A stretch of 64,000 bases of DNA from Minisyncoccia bacterium (GTDB taxonomy: Bacteria > Patescibacteriota > Minisyncoccia > Phycocordibacterales > CAJBRS01), in NCBI GenBank assembly GCA_038215155.1, contig JBBQRF010000001.1, positions 142,205-206,204 of the forward strand, read 5' to 3'. Below are positions 16,938 to 26,687 of this stretch, piece by piece; the stretch's first letter is position 1, and each line of letters starts with the position of its first letter. The notes below the pieces were generated by a model. The model made no database searches, was not told the DNA's origin, and saw only the letters and a list, made by a program, of their open reading frames with translations. A program made the position numbers and the translations under genes.

Positions 16938-18293
16938 CTAGCGGCTAGACAGAGGGTCACAAGATTTTGCTTTTGCTCTGCGATAAAGACGAAATAGTAA
17001 ATATAGAATTAGGATGAGTAGGATCCACCATAGGTAGCACCAATTGTTTTTGGGAACGGAAGTACCTTCAGTTTGAATTTCATATTTGTCTTCTGAAATA
17101 GTTTTACCGTTGTTATCTTCCCCACCAATAAAGAATGAGTAGTGATTTATTTTTTTAAAGGACGGCAGAATACCTTGAAATGTGTTGGTGTCCCCTTCTC
17201 TCATTAAATTATAAGAATGGTAAAGTGTAGCATCATCTTCGTCCTGAACACTGACAATTAACTCTCTGAAGTTAAGTGGCAAATTTTCTATAGAAGCAAT
17301 TACTTTTAGTGGTATTCCGATTTTCACTCTGGCACGGCTATTGTAGAAATAAATCTGCTGGTTATCTTGTTCTAAATTTATTTTCACTTTTAAAGTGGAG
17401 GAATCGAGATTAATCTTGTTGGTCGAAGTAGAGGTGGGAGTGAACACTTTAACTTCGCCACTTTTAATTAACCTAACATAAAGAAGAGCGCCTGATGAAA
17501 AGTTTCCATCATTGTTCTCCACAAATGCCGCGTAGTAATAATCTTGATCAATTGATAAATTGGAATCAGTAACAGAGTTCCCCGCTCCCTTATAAATTAA
17601 TTTTCCGAATGTTGGGTCGGTGGGATAAAAATATTCAGAACGCAAGATCAAGACATCCCGAAAAGATTGATTGGAAGAATATTTCCAAGAAAGTTTAAGA
17701 TCGTTGCCTACTAATTTATAAGAAAAATTTATAACATTTATGGGAGATCGAAAACGACTTGTGGTGACGAAAGGTAATGCACCAACATAAGTGATATGTC
17801 CGTCTTTGTCAGTTGATTGGATTTTAAAATAATACTTAGTACCTGGCTCTAAATTATCCAATTCAATTTGATGATGTGTGCTGTAGTTAATTTCGGCCAC
17901 GGCGCCGTAATCCGCATCGGTATTTTTTCCCCACGATAAAGTGCCCAACGAATAACCGTAAGTTTGCCAGTGAATGATAACTGAGGTATCTGAAAGAATC
18001 TCTACTCGAATGCTTCCAGGATAAATGGCACTACCGTTAAAAGAGCCGCCTGGTGAAGTAGCAGGATTAGGATTGGAGATTGTACCGATAGTGCTTGGAG
18101 TGTTGCAATCAAGTGGGCAGCCTTGATAAGTTTCGCCGAATTGAGGCTCGCAAATATTATTGTTATTACAATTATGAACTTCGAGATTAACTACGCCGCC
18201 CGCTACGGCCGCCGCGGCGGCCGTAGCGGGCGATCCGTCGAAAAATAAAAACAGTGCGGGCAAGGTTGCCATTAATAAGAATGCCTTCCTCAT
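16938..18293 (-). CDS. fibronectin type III domain surface protein with C-terminal TM anchor
   Basis: CNNNNICE..GE...CPLDC motif, LDNLEPGTKYYF, C-terminal TM + basic tail. Confidence 0.75.
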   Translation of the reverse strand: MRKAFLLMATLPALFLFFDGSPATAAAAAVAGGVVNLEVHNCNNNNICEPQFGETYQGCPLDCNTPSTIGTISNPNPATSPGGSFNGSAIYPGSIRVEILSDTSVIIHWQTYGYSLGTLSWGKNTDADYGAVAEINYSTHHQIELDNLEPGTKYYFKIQSTDKDGHITYVGALPFVTTSRFRSPINVINFSYKLVGNDLKLSWKYSSNQSFRDVLILRSEYFYPTDPTFGKLIYKGAGNSVTDSNLSIDQDYYYAAFVENNDGNFSSGALLYVRLIKSGEVKVFTPTSTSTNKINLDSSTLKVKINLEQDNQQIYFYNSRARVKIGIPLKVIASIENLPLNFRELIVSVQDEDDATLYHSYNLMREGDTNTFQGILPSFKKINHYSFFIGGEDNNGKTISEDKYEIQTEGTSVPKNNWCYLWWILLILILYLLFRLYRRAKAKSCDPLSSR

Positions 18294-18300
18294 TCCCATA

Positions 18301-19014
18301 TTATAGAGCAATAGCCGTTACTGTAACGGAAGCTGTGTAGGTACCGGCGTCTTGAATCTTATTCGTCCCAATACCTACTTGGTATTTAATCGAGGTAGTA
18401 GCGCCCACCGGTTGATTGGCCGTACTTGTTAGAGAGATGGTCTTAGAACTAGTAGATAAGCCATCCCAACAACGGTCAGTAGTGTCAGTGGAGCCGGTGT
18501 TACAAAGGGTGCCATTATTTCTATATCGTGCAATAACATCATTGCCATGGGGAGAAAAGCCAAAAGTGGAGGAGGCAGCGCCATAAGTAAAAGTAAAATC
18601 GGGAGCGGCTCCAACAGGCAGATAGTCTGTGATGCTAGAGCTGGCTGATTTTAGCGCGGGGGAAGTAGTAGCGGTAACTGAAAGTTGATAACCAGCCGGA
18701 TCATCAGTTACTACTACCCAATCTGATTGAGCTTGACTGGTGCCTCCAGAAATACCCCCAATACTTGGTAGAGTAATGTTAACTGTATTAGAAAGTGCTA
18801 TGTAATTTGCAGATAAAGCTTGATATCCGGCACTCAATCTATAATTTGTACTGGTGCCAAATCCGGTCCCCACTTCACCCACCGTACTTTCTGTTTTGTA
18901 ATTAGTGCTAGTGCCTAATCCCCCTCCACTATTAAGACTATCGGACTGAATCCGATAGGATCCACTCTGCATCACATAAGCTAATAGAACTATTGGAATG
19001 AAAAGGCTTTTCAT
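18301..19014 (-). CDS. secreted WxL-like beta-sandwich protein
   Basis: MQSGSYRIQSDS, VVTDDPAGYQLSV, C-terminal GTYTASVTVTA. Confidence 0.6.
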   Translation of the reverse strand: MKSLFIPIVLLAYVMQSGSYRIQSDSLNSGGGLGTSTNYKTESTVGEVGTGFGTSTNYRLSAGYQALSANYIALSNTVNITLPSIGGISGGTSQAQSDWVVVTDDPAGYQLSVTATTSPALKSASSSITDYLPVGAAPDFTFTYGAASSTFGFSPHGNDVIARYRNNGTLCNTGSTDTTDRCWDGLSTSSKTISLTSTANQPVGATTSIKYQVGIGTNKIQDAGTYTASVTVTAIAL

Positions 19015-19989
19015 CTATCTCTTTCTCTTGAATTCAAAATTCTTTCGAAGGAAGTAACTAGCTGAGACGATAATTAATAGAATGAGGAGTACAATAGCAA
19101 TCCACTTCCAAGGAATAACCCAGATTGAAATTTTAAGAACATCGGTAGTGCTGCCGTATCCTCTATTGAGGGAAACTTCGGCAGTGTAACGGCCAAAGGC
19201 AGCGGTTCTTCCCCATGGAATTTCTCGATAGCGAAGGGAGTGCGGTAGAGCGAAATAGGCATCAACTGGTAACTGATCTACTGTTGCCCCCCACATATTT
19301 TTAACCGTGATATAGCCATAAGGAACTAAGTGAACATTTCCATCATTGTTAAAGTAGATCTGAAAAGTTAAATTAGCGTTTTGGTAAACCGGTCCTTTTT
19401 CTTTAACCCGAAAATCTGAAAGGTGTCCACTTTGTGTGACTGGTCCGTTTACTCTAACAAAGAATAGTGAAGCGATTCGCGAAATGATGGTAGCTCCGGG
19501 CGCTTCGGCTGCACCGGTAGTGGTAGCTCCGAGCTTCGAAGGAGCATTAGAAACTATCATAGCCGCGTAGAATCCGCCCGGTGCAGCGGTTTTTGGAAGT
19601 TCTATTGTAACGGGAATTTGAATTCGTTGGCCAAAATTTAGAGTAAACTGTTTAATCTCTGGATGAAGATAATCTTTTAAGGAATATGGACTCTTGTCCC
19701 CTCCCAATAAAATAACAGGCTGATCTATTTGATTAGAGCCGATGATATCTTCGGAGGTAAGTGCGAAAGTTATTGGACTCTTCACCCGGCTCGTAATGGA
19801 AATACTCCGAGTGGCAGACTCCCCCGGATTAATATTTACTTCTTGTTTGGCTGGCTCAACAATAAAATCGTTCCTGTCGGCAACAGTGCTTTGGAATAAA
19901 GTGTAAGCTCGAAGAGCTATAGCTCCAACTAATAAGAAGATGACGATACTACTGATAGAGAGAAGCAGTTTCTTCTTATTGTTGGGCAT
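19015..19989 (-). CDS. DUF916/DUF3324-like membrane-anchored protein
   Basis: VEPAKQE..INPGE, PGGFYAA, NDGNVHLVP.G, FGRYTAEV, C-terminal TM. Confidence 0.7.
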   Translation of the reverse strand: MPNNKKKLLLSISSIVIFLLVGAIALRAYTLFQSTVADRNDFIVEPAKQEVNINPGESATRSISITSRVKSPITFALTSEDIIGSNQIDQPVILLGGDKSPYSLKDYLHPEIKQFTLNFGQRIQIPVTIELPKTAAPGGFYAAMIVSNAPSKLGATTTGAAEAPGATIISRIASLFFVRVNGPVTQSGHLSDFRVKEKGPVYQNANLTFQIYFNNDGNVHLVPYGYITVKNMWGATVDQLPVDAYFALPHSLRYREIPWGRTAAFGRYTAEVSLNRGYGSTTDVLKISIWVIPWKWIAIVLLILLIIVSASYFLRKNFEFKRKR

Positions 19990-19994
19990 AGATT

Positions 19995-20648
19995 CTATAA
20001 GGGTGTCGCTGTCCCAATAACAGTAGCGTTGTAAGTAGCTGCTGGAATGAAGAAGTTGTTTTGCTCAACTGCATAACAAGTTGTTGTTACTATTCCTGCA
20101 GGTGTGGTGGTGGCAGCGCGAGAGGCCACATTTTTTTGGACAGTATAGGCCGCTGAAGTTGTAGCTAGACCTTGATATTTAAGAGTGGTGGAAATGGCGT
20201 TTCCGACTCCACAGTTAGCTCCTGTTCCCCAGTCGGAGGTAAGAGTATCTGTTCCAAAGGCTGAATAACCAAAGTAGGCATTACTTGTGGTAGCTGACCA
20301 AAGGTTTGGGGCTCCTTTTTGATAGTCTGTGATTGAGAATCCTCCAGTGGTAGATTGCATGGCGGGAGTACTAGTGGAAGTGAGTGCCAGAGTGTATCCG
20401 GCACCGTCGTTCGTAATGACGGTCCACGTAGTAGTACCTACGGCAGTATTTTGAGCAATACCTAGTGACGTACTCATGGTTGAGTTTCCAGAATTAGTCA
20501 AACTAATTCCCTGAGTGACGTTTAAAGTAATTACAACTTGAGCGGTAACTGCTTTAGCAAATTGAGGTTCCAATGCTCCCCAAGAAAAGAAAGCCACTAA
20601 AGTAAGGACTAGTGTGGTTGGAATAATAGTACGAAGGTGCTTTAACAT
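19995..20648 (-). CDS. secreted WxL-like protein (possible structural subunit)
   Basis: signal peptide, WTVITNDGAGYTL, C-terminal YNATVIGTA; paralogous to 18301-19014. Confidence 0.6.
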   Translation of the reverse strand: MLKHLRTIIPTTLVLTLVAFFSWGALEPQFAKAVTAQVVITLNVTQGISLTNSGNSTMSTSLGIAQNTAVGTTTWTVITNDGAGYTLALTSTSTPAMQSTTGGFSITDYQKGAPNLWSATTSNAYFGYSAFGTDTLTSDWGTGANCGVGNAISTTLKYQGLATTSAAYTVQKNVASRAATTTPAGIVTTTCYAVEQNNFFIPAATYNATVIGTATPL

Positions 20649-20789
20649 AATAGTTTTTATTAATAGAATTATACCCCGCGCTATTTACAAGCGCAAGGAA
20701 AATAACTATTGGTGGGGATAAGTTCCCCAGAGACCATCCCTCTTAATGATAGTAGACGGGGAAAGTAAAGTTATCTTACATTTAACTAA

Positions 20790-21422
20790 CTATAGAATCC
20801 TTTCTCCGATCGTTCCGCCGATCGAATCATCATTCATGTGAACGTAACGATGTCGCTCTTTGTCGAGTCTGGCCAACTCCATCACTCTTTGTACAAGTAC
20901 TTTAGGATCGTCGCTAAAGATCACTTTGTCATTAGATCTATGACTCTTATCCATAATATGTTTAATCACTTCGTCAGTGTCTTCCCAATCGCCAGTTAAA
21001 ACGCCAATTGGTTTTAAGTCTTCAAAAGCAATAGTGAATTCGTGAATGGTGCCGATTCGTCCTGGCCCAATAATAATGGCGTCGGCTGAACGAGTCATTA
21101 AAAGGTCCCGGCCCGAGTAACCAAAACCGGTATAAATAATTAGATCCATATTATCAAGTGGTAGACGATATGTTTCTACGTGTTCTATTTCGCCTGAGGC
21201 AGGAGAAAGTCCGATAGAGATGCCTTTTTCCTCCTTTGCTCCAATGGCAGACCACAGCGGAAAACCAGTAGTAGCGCCAGTAATCAAAATACCGTTCTGG
21301 CGAACTATTTCTTTGCCAACTTCCTTTGCTTTGTCGTAGGCAATCTGGCCGAGAAATCCCATCTCTGCCGCTCCGGAAACCGCTACTTTTATTTTTAAAT
21401 GACCGTGTTTATCAGAATCCAT
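20790..21422 (-). CDS. LOG/SLOG family nucleotide-binding protein
   Basis: VSGAA, LITGATTG, TGFGYSGRD, GRIGTIHEF. Confidence 0.8.
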   Translation of the reverse strand: MDSDKHGHLKIKVAVSGAAEMGFLGQIAYDKAKEVGKEIVRQNGILITGATTGFPLWSAIGAKEEKGISIGLSPASGEIEHVETYRLPLDNMDLIIYTGFGYSGRDLLMTRSADAIIIGPGRIGTIHEFTIAFEDLKPIGVLTGDWEDTDEVIKHIMDKSHRSNDKVIFSDDPKVLVQRVMELARLDKERHRYVHMNDDSIGGTIGERIL

Positions 21423-21444
21423 ATAGAAAAATTATAACACAGAA

Positions 21445-22410
21445 TTACTTACGCAATATTTTTAAAATTTCTTTTTTTAGCTCAGTGACAGAGGTGTCGT
21501 CATAAACAGATACGACATAAATCTTAGTGTTAGAAGAGGAAAGGACTTTTTTTGCTTGGTCTAATACATCTTCCGAAACTAAATCAGATTTTGTCAGAAT
21601 AATTATTTCAGATTTTTTCGCCATTATTGGATCGAATTTTTCAATTTCGGCCCGAATAGTTTTATAGTTTTCAAGTATGTCGCCCTCAGCAGAGATGCAG
21701 TGAAATAGATAAGTAGTTCGTTTAACATGACGGAGAAACTTATGACCCAATCCCTTCCCTGCTGATGCGCCGGAGATTAAGCCTGGAATATCAGCCAGGA
21801 TAAATTCAAAGAGTGCTCCGAGATTCGGTTCCAGTGTAGTGAATTGATATTGTCCCACTCTCGCTTCCGCTCCAGTTAAGGCGTTAAGTAAACTAGATTT
21901 GCCGGCATTGGGTAATCCGATTAACCCCGCCGCCGCCACTAATTCCACCTCAATAAAAAAATCCGCTTCTTCTCCGGTTTTACCGGGAGTGAATTCGGTC
22001 GGTCGAACGTTAGTAGATGCTTTAAAATGCTCGTTACCCAGACCCCCGCGTCCGCCTTCCAGGAGAAGGACGGCCTCCTCTTTATCTACTAGACTGATTT
22101 TCTTGCTAGTTTCTAAATTGGTGATGACAGAACCGATTGGTACGTTAATAGTGAGATCTTCTCCATCTTTTCCGTGCATGCTTCTTTTCATGCCGCTTTG
22201 ACCATTCTCCGCACTAAATTCCTTTTTGTGGCGATAGTGGGAGAGTATATTTAAATCACTAACTGCCTTGGCATAAACACTACCACCTCGACCCCCATTT
22301 CCTCCAGATGGTCCCATGAATTCCTTACCTTTTTCATGCAGCCAGCGCACCACTCCGTCGCCTCCGCGGCCAGCTTTTATGTGTACTCTTAATTCATCTA
22401 CGAAAGCCAT
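21445..22410 (-). CDS. obgE: GTPase Obg
   Basis: Gly-rich Obg fold, GLPNAGKSS, FTTLEP, DIPGLI, TKSD. Confidence 0.95.
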   Translation of the reverse strand: MAFVDELRVHIKAGRGGDGVVRWLHEKGKEFMGPSGGNGGRGGSVYAKAVSDLNILSHYRHKKEFSAENGQSGMKRSMHGKDGEDLTINVPIGSVITNLETSKKISLVDKEEAVLLLEGGRGGLGNEHFKASTNVRPTEFTPGKTGEEADFFIEVELVAAAGLIGLPNAGKSSLLNALTGAEARVGQYQFTTLEPNLGALFEFILADIPGLISGASAGKGLGHKFLRHVKRTTYLFHCISAEGDILENYKTIRAEIEKFDPIMAKKSEIIILTKSDLVSEDVLDQAKKVLSSSNTKIYVVSVYDDTSVTELKKEILKILRK

Positions 22411-23297
22411 TATGATTGAACTGCTATTTCTGCTAAGGCGTTCGCTGCTTCGCGTGTCTTAGCAATTACTAAATGCCGACCATTGTGACAAAAAACTGCT
22501 CCTTTTACGCCGCTTACCTTTTCAAAATCCTCGTCACGCTTGCCTGCCCAGCTTTCGGGAAAAAGTTTGCGACTTTTAAATGATACACCCTCATCTCGAA
22601 CACCAGCCACTGCCCATTCGGGACGACGACCATCATTTGCTACTACAAAAAGTGGTTCGGCGAAACTGCTTAAAATTTCTTTCCAATTATAAGTATCATT
22701 AATAACGATAATTCTTTTGTCTGGTGCTTCTTCATAGGCCTGGTAAACGAATTTCTTTCCTTCTAAATAATGTTCCGCTCGAGTCACCTCGCGGGTTAAA
22801 ATTTCTTTAAGTGCTGGCAGAATTTTAAGAAAGGATTCGTCTACGTTTTGATCTTTCTCTTTCCAGGTGGGAATGAAAGATGAAATAGCGGTCTCAATTT
22901 GATATGGGCGAACGTTTTTAGAAATTGGCTCGAAAACCGCCACTCCATTATCTTCTGCGTCTATTGATTGAATTAATTTCTGGTCAATTCGGAATGCCGC
23001 TTCCTCGCCGCTGCAAATTTTAGGTCCAAACTCTTTCCAAACCAATCCAAAAGAAGCGTACGGCACCCCATTTGCACGCACTCCCCCTCCTCCTTTTTGA
23101 TGATGGTCGAAGCGATTATTTTTAGGATCCAATTCTCCTCCAATATCCACCACGTAATCGCCGGTCTTAATTATTTCTGGATCACGAGTACGGATAATTT
23201 CACAATCTTTAGCTTCAATCTTTAAATACAAAAGTATGGTGGCAACGGCAAAAAGCTCGTCTGGATGAAAGTTGCCGCTGTGAGTAATAATTCGCAT
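22410..23297 (-). CDS. MYG1 family exonuclease
   Basis: THSGNFHPDE, RTRD, DHHQ, FPESWAG, FCH. Confidence 0.9.
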   Translation of the reverse strand: MRIITHSGNFHPDELFAVATILLYLKIEAKDCEIIRTRDPEIIKTGDYVVDIGGELDPKNNRFDHHQKGGGGVRANGVPYASFGLVWKEFGPKICSGEEAAFRIDQKLIQSIDAEDNGVAVFEPISKNVRPYQIETAISSFIPTWKEKDQNVDESFLKILPALKEILTREVTRAEHYLEGKKFVYQAYEEAPDKRIIVINDTYNWKEILSSFAEPLFVVANDGRRPEWAVAGVRDEGVSFKSRKLFPESWAGKRDEDFEKVSGVKGAVFCHNGRHLVIAKTREAANALAEIAVQS

Positions 23298-23323
23298 TCT
23301 ATTGAAGTTTTTTAATTAGAGTA

Positions 23324-24601
23324 TTAGAAGTATTTTACAATACCATGACTCACGGCAAAAGAAAGCGGTTTAGAAAGAATAATTTGAGCATTATTACTGA
23401 CTGGAAATTTTCGGGAAGGTCGAAAGTAGTGATCAAGATCGTTGCGATTATTTAAAATTTTATCCGCAAGGTATGCCCCCAACGCGGCAGCCCACGGTAA
23501 TCCTGTGGCCCCACCCATATAATAAACCTTTTTTAACGCTGGATCTTCTCCTGCAATAGGAAAGAGATCTTTAGTTACTCCAATCAGTCCTGGCCAGACA
23601 TATTCAAATTCCATCTTACTATTAAATTTCTTATTCAAATATTCTTTCATTTTTTCAATGATAGAACTAAAGTCCATTGCTCTTTCTTTCATATAAGTCT
23701 CTATTAGAGTAGACGCCCCCATGAGCAGGCGATTATTTTCTATAGTCCGAAAGTATTGGTAAATCAAATCCGTATCCCAGACCATTAAGTGCTTGTTCGG
23801 GAAAATGGTTTTAATAACCGCTTCTGAAAGTGGAGCACTTACCGCTAAGAAAGTTTGAGCGTGGTAAATATTAGGTTTTTGAATATCTAAACTCGGTAAG
23901 AATCTATCTGTGGCAATAATAAGATTTTCCGCCCTCACAACCAATCCCCCCTCAGTCACTATTGAGCCCTCTCTAATCTCTGATACTTTCGTATCTTCAA
24001 ATATCTTCAATCCTCTTTCTAATAGAACGTCCTTCATGCCCTGACAATATAGAAAAGAGTTTAGTCCGAAACATTCTCCATAACGGACGGCTCCAAAGTA
24101 TTGAGAGCTATTCAAGGCTTCCTTCATTTCAGACTTCCCATAAAGCTGGCTATCATAGCCTAAATCCTTGCGGGCATGATGTTCATCTTCTACTTCCTTA
24201 AAAGATTTTTTGGAGTTAGCCACAAAAAATGAATCCTGAATTTGGTAATCACATTCAATTTTATATTTCTCAATATTATTTTTAATTAACTCGAGACCAC
24301 CATTTACGAATTCTCGTAATTCTTTTGCACCTTTTTTCCCATATTTATTTAGTAGGTCAGCGAGCTGAAGTTCTGAGTCTGGAGTTAAAAACCCGGAACT
24401 TTTACCGCTTGCGCCGCCGCCACAAAACGAACTTTCAACAATGATTACTTTGCGGCCACTTTCTGACAAAATTTGGGCCGCGGATAATCCGGCCATGCCG
24501 CCGCCGACGACGCAGACGTCGGCGGCGGCATCTTCCTGAAGTGTTATTTTTTTAGGATCCTTCTTAGAGTACCAGTAAACTTCCTCTTTAATTTTCGCCA
24601 T
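23324..24601 (-). CDS. FAD-dependent oxidoreductase (DAO family)
   Basis: VVGGGMAGLS, GASGKSSG. Confidence 0.85.
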   Translation of the reverse strand: MAKIKEEVYWYSKKDPKKITLQEDAAADVCVVGGGMAGLSAAQILSESGRKVIIVESSFCGGGASGKSSGFLTPDSELQLADLLNKYGKKGAKELREFVNGGLELIKNNIEKYKIECDYQIQDSFFVANSKKSFKEVEDEHHARKDLGYDSQLYGKSEMKEALNSSQYFGAVRYGECFGLNSFLYCQGMKDVLLERGLKIFEDTKVSEIREGSIVTEGGLVVRAENLIIATDRFLPSLDIQKPNIYHAQTFLAVSAPLSEAVIKTIFPNKHLMVWDTDLIYQYFRTIENNRLLMGASTLIETYMKERAMDFSSIIEKMKEYLNKKFNSKMEFEYVWPGLIGVTKDLFPIAGEDPALKKVYYMGGATGLPWAAALGAYLADKILNNRNDLDHYFRPSRKFPVSNNAQIILSKPLSFAVSHGIVKYF

Positions 24602-24819
24602 TAAAAGGAGCTGATAGAATTAATCGGATCAACATAATTATGTAAGAAACTAGGAATTGCAAATAATAGGCCGATAAGCGGAAGAACAAAGAGCGCCACG
24701 GTAATAATCATAGTCCAGAAAAAATATTTTCTTAGTTTCTCCACCGATTTATACATCTCTGCAATCATCTGCTGCTGCTCTGTAATTTTCTCCTCTAATT
24801 TTTGAAAATCTGGATTCAT
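24601..24819 (-). CDS. small membrane protein
   Basis: coiled coil then TM; -10-like element just upstream. Confidence 0.65.
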   Translation of the reverse strand: MNPDFQKLEEKITEQQQMIAEMYKSVEKLRKYFFWTMIITVALFVLPLIGLLFAIPSFLHNYVDPINSISSF

Positions 24820-24851
24820 GTTATCTATGCTAACAAGTTATTAATAAGAAG

Positions 24852-25589
24852 TCACTTGAAAAATTCTCTGCGAATTTTCATCACATCCTGGTGATAGGTA
24901 AGCCCCTGTTCTCGTCTAGGATATGGCAACTCTATCTTAAAAATATTGGCCACCTTCCTATCTTTAATTAAAATTACTCTTTCAGCCAACGATACTGCCT
25001 CTTCAATTAAATGAGAAACTATAACAATGGTCTTCTCAGTGGTTCGCCAGATTTTGATTAAATCATCGTGAAGCTCGGCGGTGGTTTTAGCATCTAAGGC
25101 CGAAAATGGTTCGTCCAGCAGTAAGACTTGCGGGTCAACTGCTAAAGCCCGGGCAATGCCTACTCTTTGGCGTTGCCCACCCGAAAGTTCGGCCGGATAT
25201 TTATTAATAAAATCTTCTAGACCCATCATTTTTACGTAATTTAAAGTTTCTGTTTTAATCTTATGCTCAGAATATTTTTCCTCCCCATTTAATAAACGAT
25301 TCCGAGCGTTAAGTCCGAAAGAGGCATTTTCATAAACGTTAAGCCAAGGAAAGAGGGCGCCACCCTGAAAGGTCATGGCAATAATGGCGGGTTTTTTTAC
25401 TTCACCAGTTGTAGCTTTCTCTAAACCGGCAATTATTTTCAAAATTGTAGTTTTTCCACCCCCCGAAGGGCCTATCAGACATGCGAATTCGCCCTGATCG
25501 ACTGTAAAATTAATATCACTTAAAGCCGCATCTTTTCCATCGGCATAGATCTTAGAGACATTTTTAAATTCAATAATTGGATTGCTCAT
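24852..25589 (-). CDS. NitT/TauT-type ABC transporter ATPase
   Basis: GPSGGGKT, LSGGQRQR, LLLDEPFSALD. Confidence 0.9.
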   Translation of the reverse strand: MSNPIIEFKNVSKIYADGKDAALSDINFTVDQGEFACLIGPSGGGKTTILKIIAGLEKATTGEVKKPAIIAMTFQGGALFPWLNVYENASFGLNARNRLLNGEEKYSEHKIKTETLNYVKMMGLEDFINKYPAELSGGQRQRVGIARALAVDPQVLLLDEPFSALDAKTTAELHDDLIKIWRTTEKTIVIVSHLIEEAVSLAERVILIKDRKVANIFKIELPYPRREQGLTYHQDVMKIRREFFK

Positions 25590-25591
25590 GA

Positions 25592-26389
25592 TTATTCAAA
25601 TCGATATCTCTCAGCTGATCTAAGGAGTTTTTGCCAAACGAAAAAATTCAGAAAAACTATAGCTAGAATCATCACAAAAAGAGTCAGTACGAATAGGTCA
25701 TTGTTACCGCTCGCAGCCGCTCTTACCAAAACCGATCCAATACCTAATAAGTCTTGTGCAGAGGTCCCGCCAGGAATATAGGTGTGCAGAACCTCAGCTA
25801 CAATAATGATGTTCCACCCTTGCGCTACCGCTAAGATAGAGCCAGTGACAAACTGCGGGAAAATAGCTGGCAAAATGACCTTTCTTAGATAATCTAATCG
25901 CTCTAGGCCAAAAACATGAGCCACTCCTTTAATATCGGGAGGAATAATCTTCAGTCCTCCTACTAAAGTAAAAACTAGATTCCAAAGCATAGAAAGAAAG
26001 ATGATGAGAATAGCCGCCCCATTTAAGAAGTTGGAGCGGACAAAGAAAATAATCAGAATGGGGAAAAAAGCCAGCGCTGGAACCGATTCTAAGATATCAA
26101 AAACCGGTAAAAAAATGGATTCCATTTTGTGACTCTTAGTAGAAAAAAGAGCCAGTGGTATTGCCACCATGACCGCTAAGCAGTAGGCGATAAAAAGACG
26201 ACCGAGAGTAAGAACTAAGGCATGAAGTAAAAAATAAAAATAGCCGGTATGACTTCCTGTCGGTAAAATATTTGAAAATATACTAACGTTGGATATTAAT
26301 CTAAGTCCAACAAAAAAAATAACTAAAAAAGTAATCGGACCCCAGATTAAAGTATAAAGTTGCTCTGATCGTCGATGATGGTGCCTCAT
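25592..26389 (-). CDS. NitT/TauT-type ABC transporter permease
   Basis: DILESVPALAFFP, WNIIIVAE, GIGS. Confidence 0.85.
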   Translation of the reverse strand: MRHHHRRSEQLYTLIWGPITFLVIFFVGLRLISNVSIFSNILPTGSHTGYFYFLLHALVLTLGRLFIAYCLAVMVAIPLALFSTKSHKMESIFLPVFDILESVPALAFFPILIIFFVRSNFLNGAAILIIFLSMLWNLVFTLVGGLKIIPPDIKGVAHVFGLERLDYLRKVILPAIFPQFVTGSILAVAQGWNIIIVAEVLHTYIPGGTSAQDLLGIGSVLVRAAASGNNDLFVLTLFVMILAIVFLNFFVWQKLLRSAERYRFE

Positions 26390-26413
26390 AGAATATATTT
26401 TACTATGAAAATC

Positions 26414-26451
26414 AAAACAGCGCTCCGCCCTTTCGGGCGGAGCGCTGTTTT
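26414..26451. terminator. bidirectional intrinsic terminator
   Basis: 17-bp perfect stem AAAACAGCGCTCCGCCC, TTTC loop. Confidence 0.75.
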
Positions 26452-26467
26452 ATATCTTTAGCTTAAT

Positions 26468-26620
26468 TTAGGCAATAGGATTTCGTCCCCGAATAACTCG
26501 GATCAAAATAACAATGATGGCAATGACCAAGAGAATATGGATCAAAGCACCAATTGTTGGAAAGGCCAACCAACCGACTAACCAAAGCAGTATCAAGATG
26601 ATGGCGATTGTCTCAAGCAT
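26468..26620 (-). CDS. lmo0937-family small membrane protein (50 aa, absent from ORF track)
   Basis: MLETIAIILILLWLVGWLAFPTIGALIHILLVIAIIVILIRVIRGRNPIA. Confidence 0.85.
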   Translation of the reverse strand: MLETIAIILILLWLVGWLAFPTIGALIHILLVIAIIVILIRVIRGRNPIA

Positions 26621-26687
26621 GGTTTTTTCTGTTTAGCTAATAATAATTTATTCTACCACTTATATAGACGCCGGCTAGAGGCACTTA

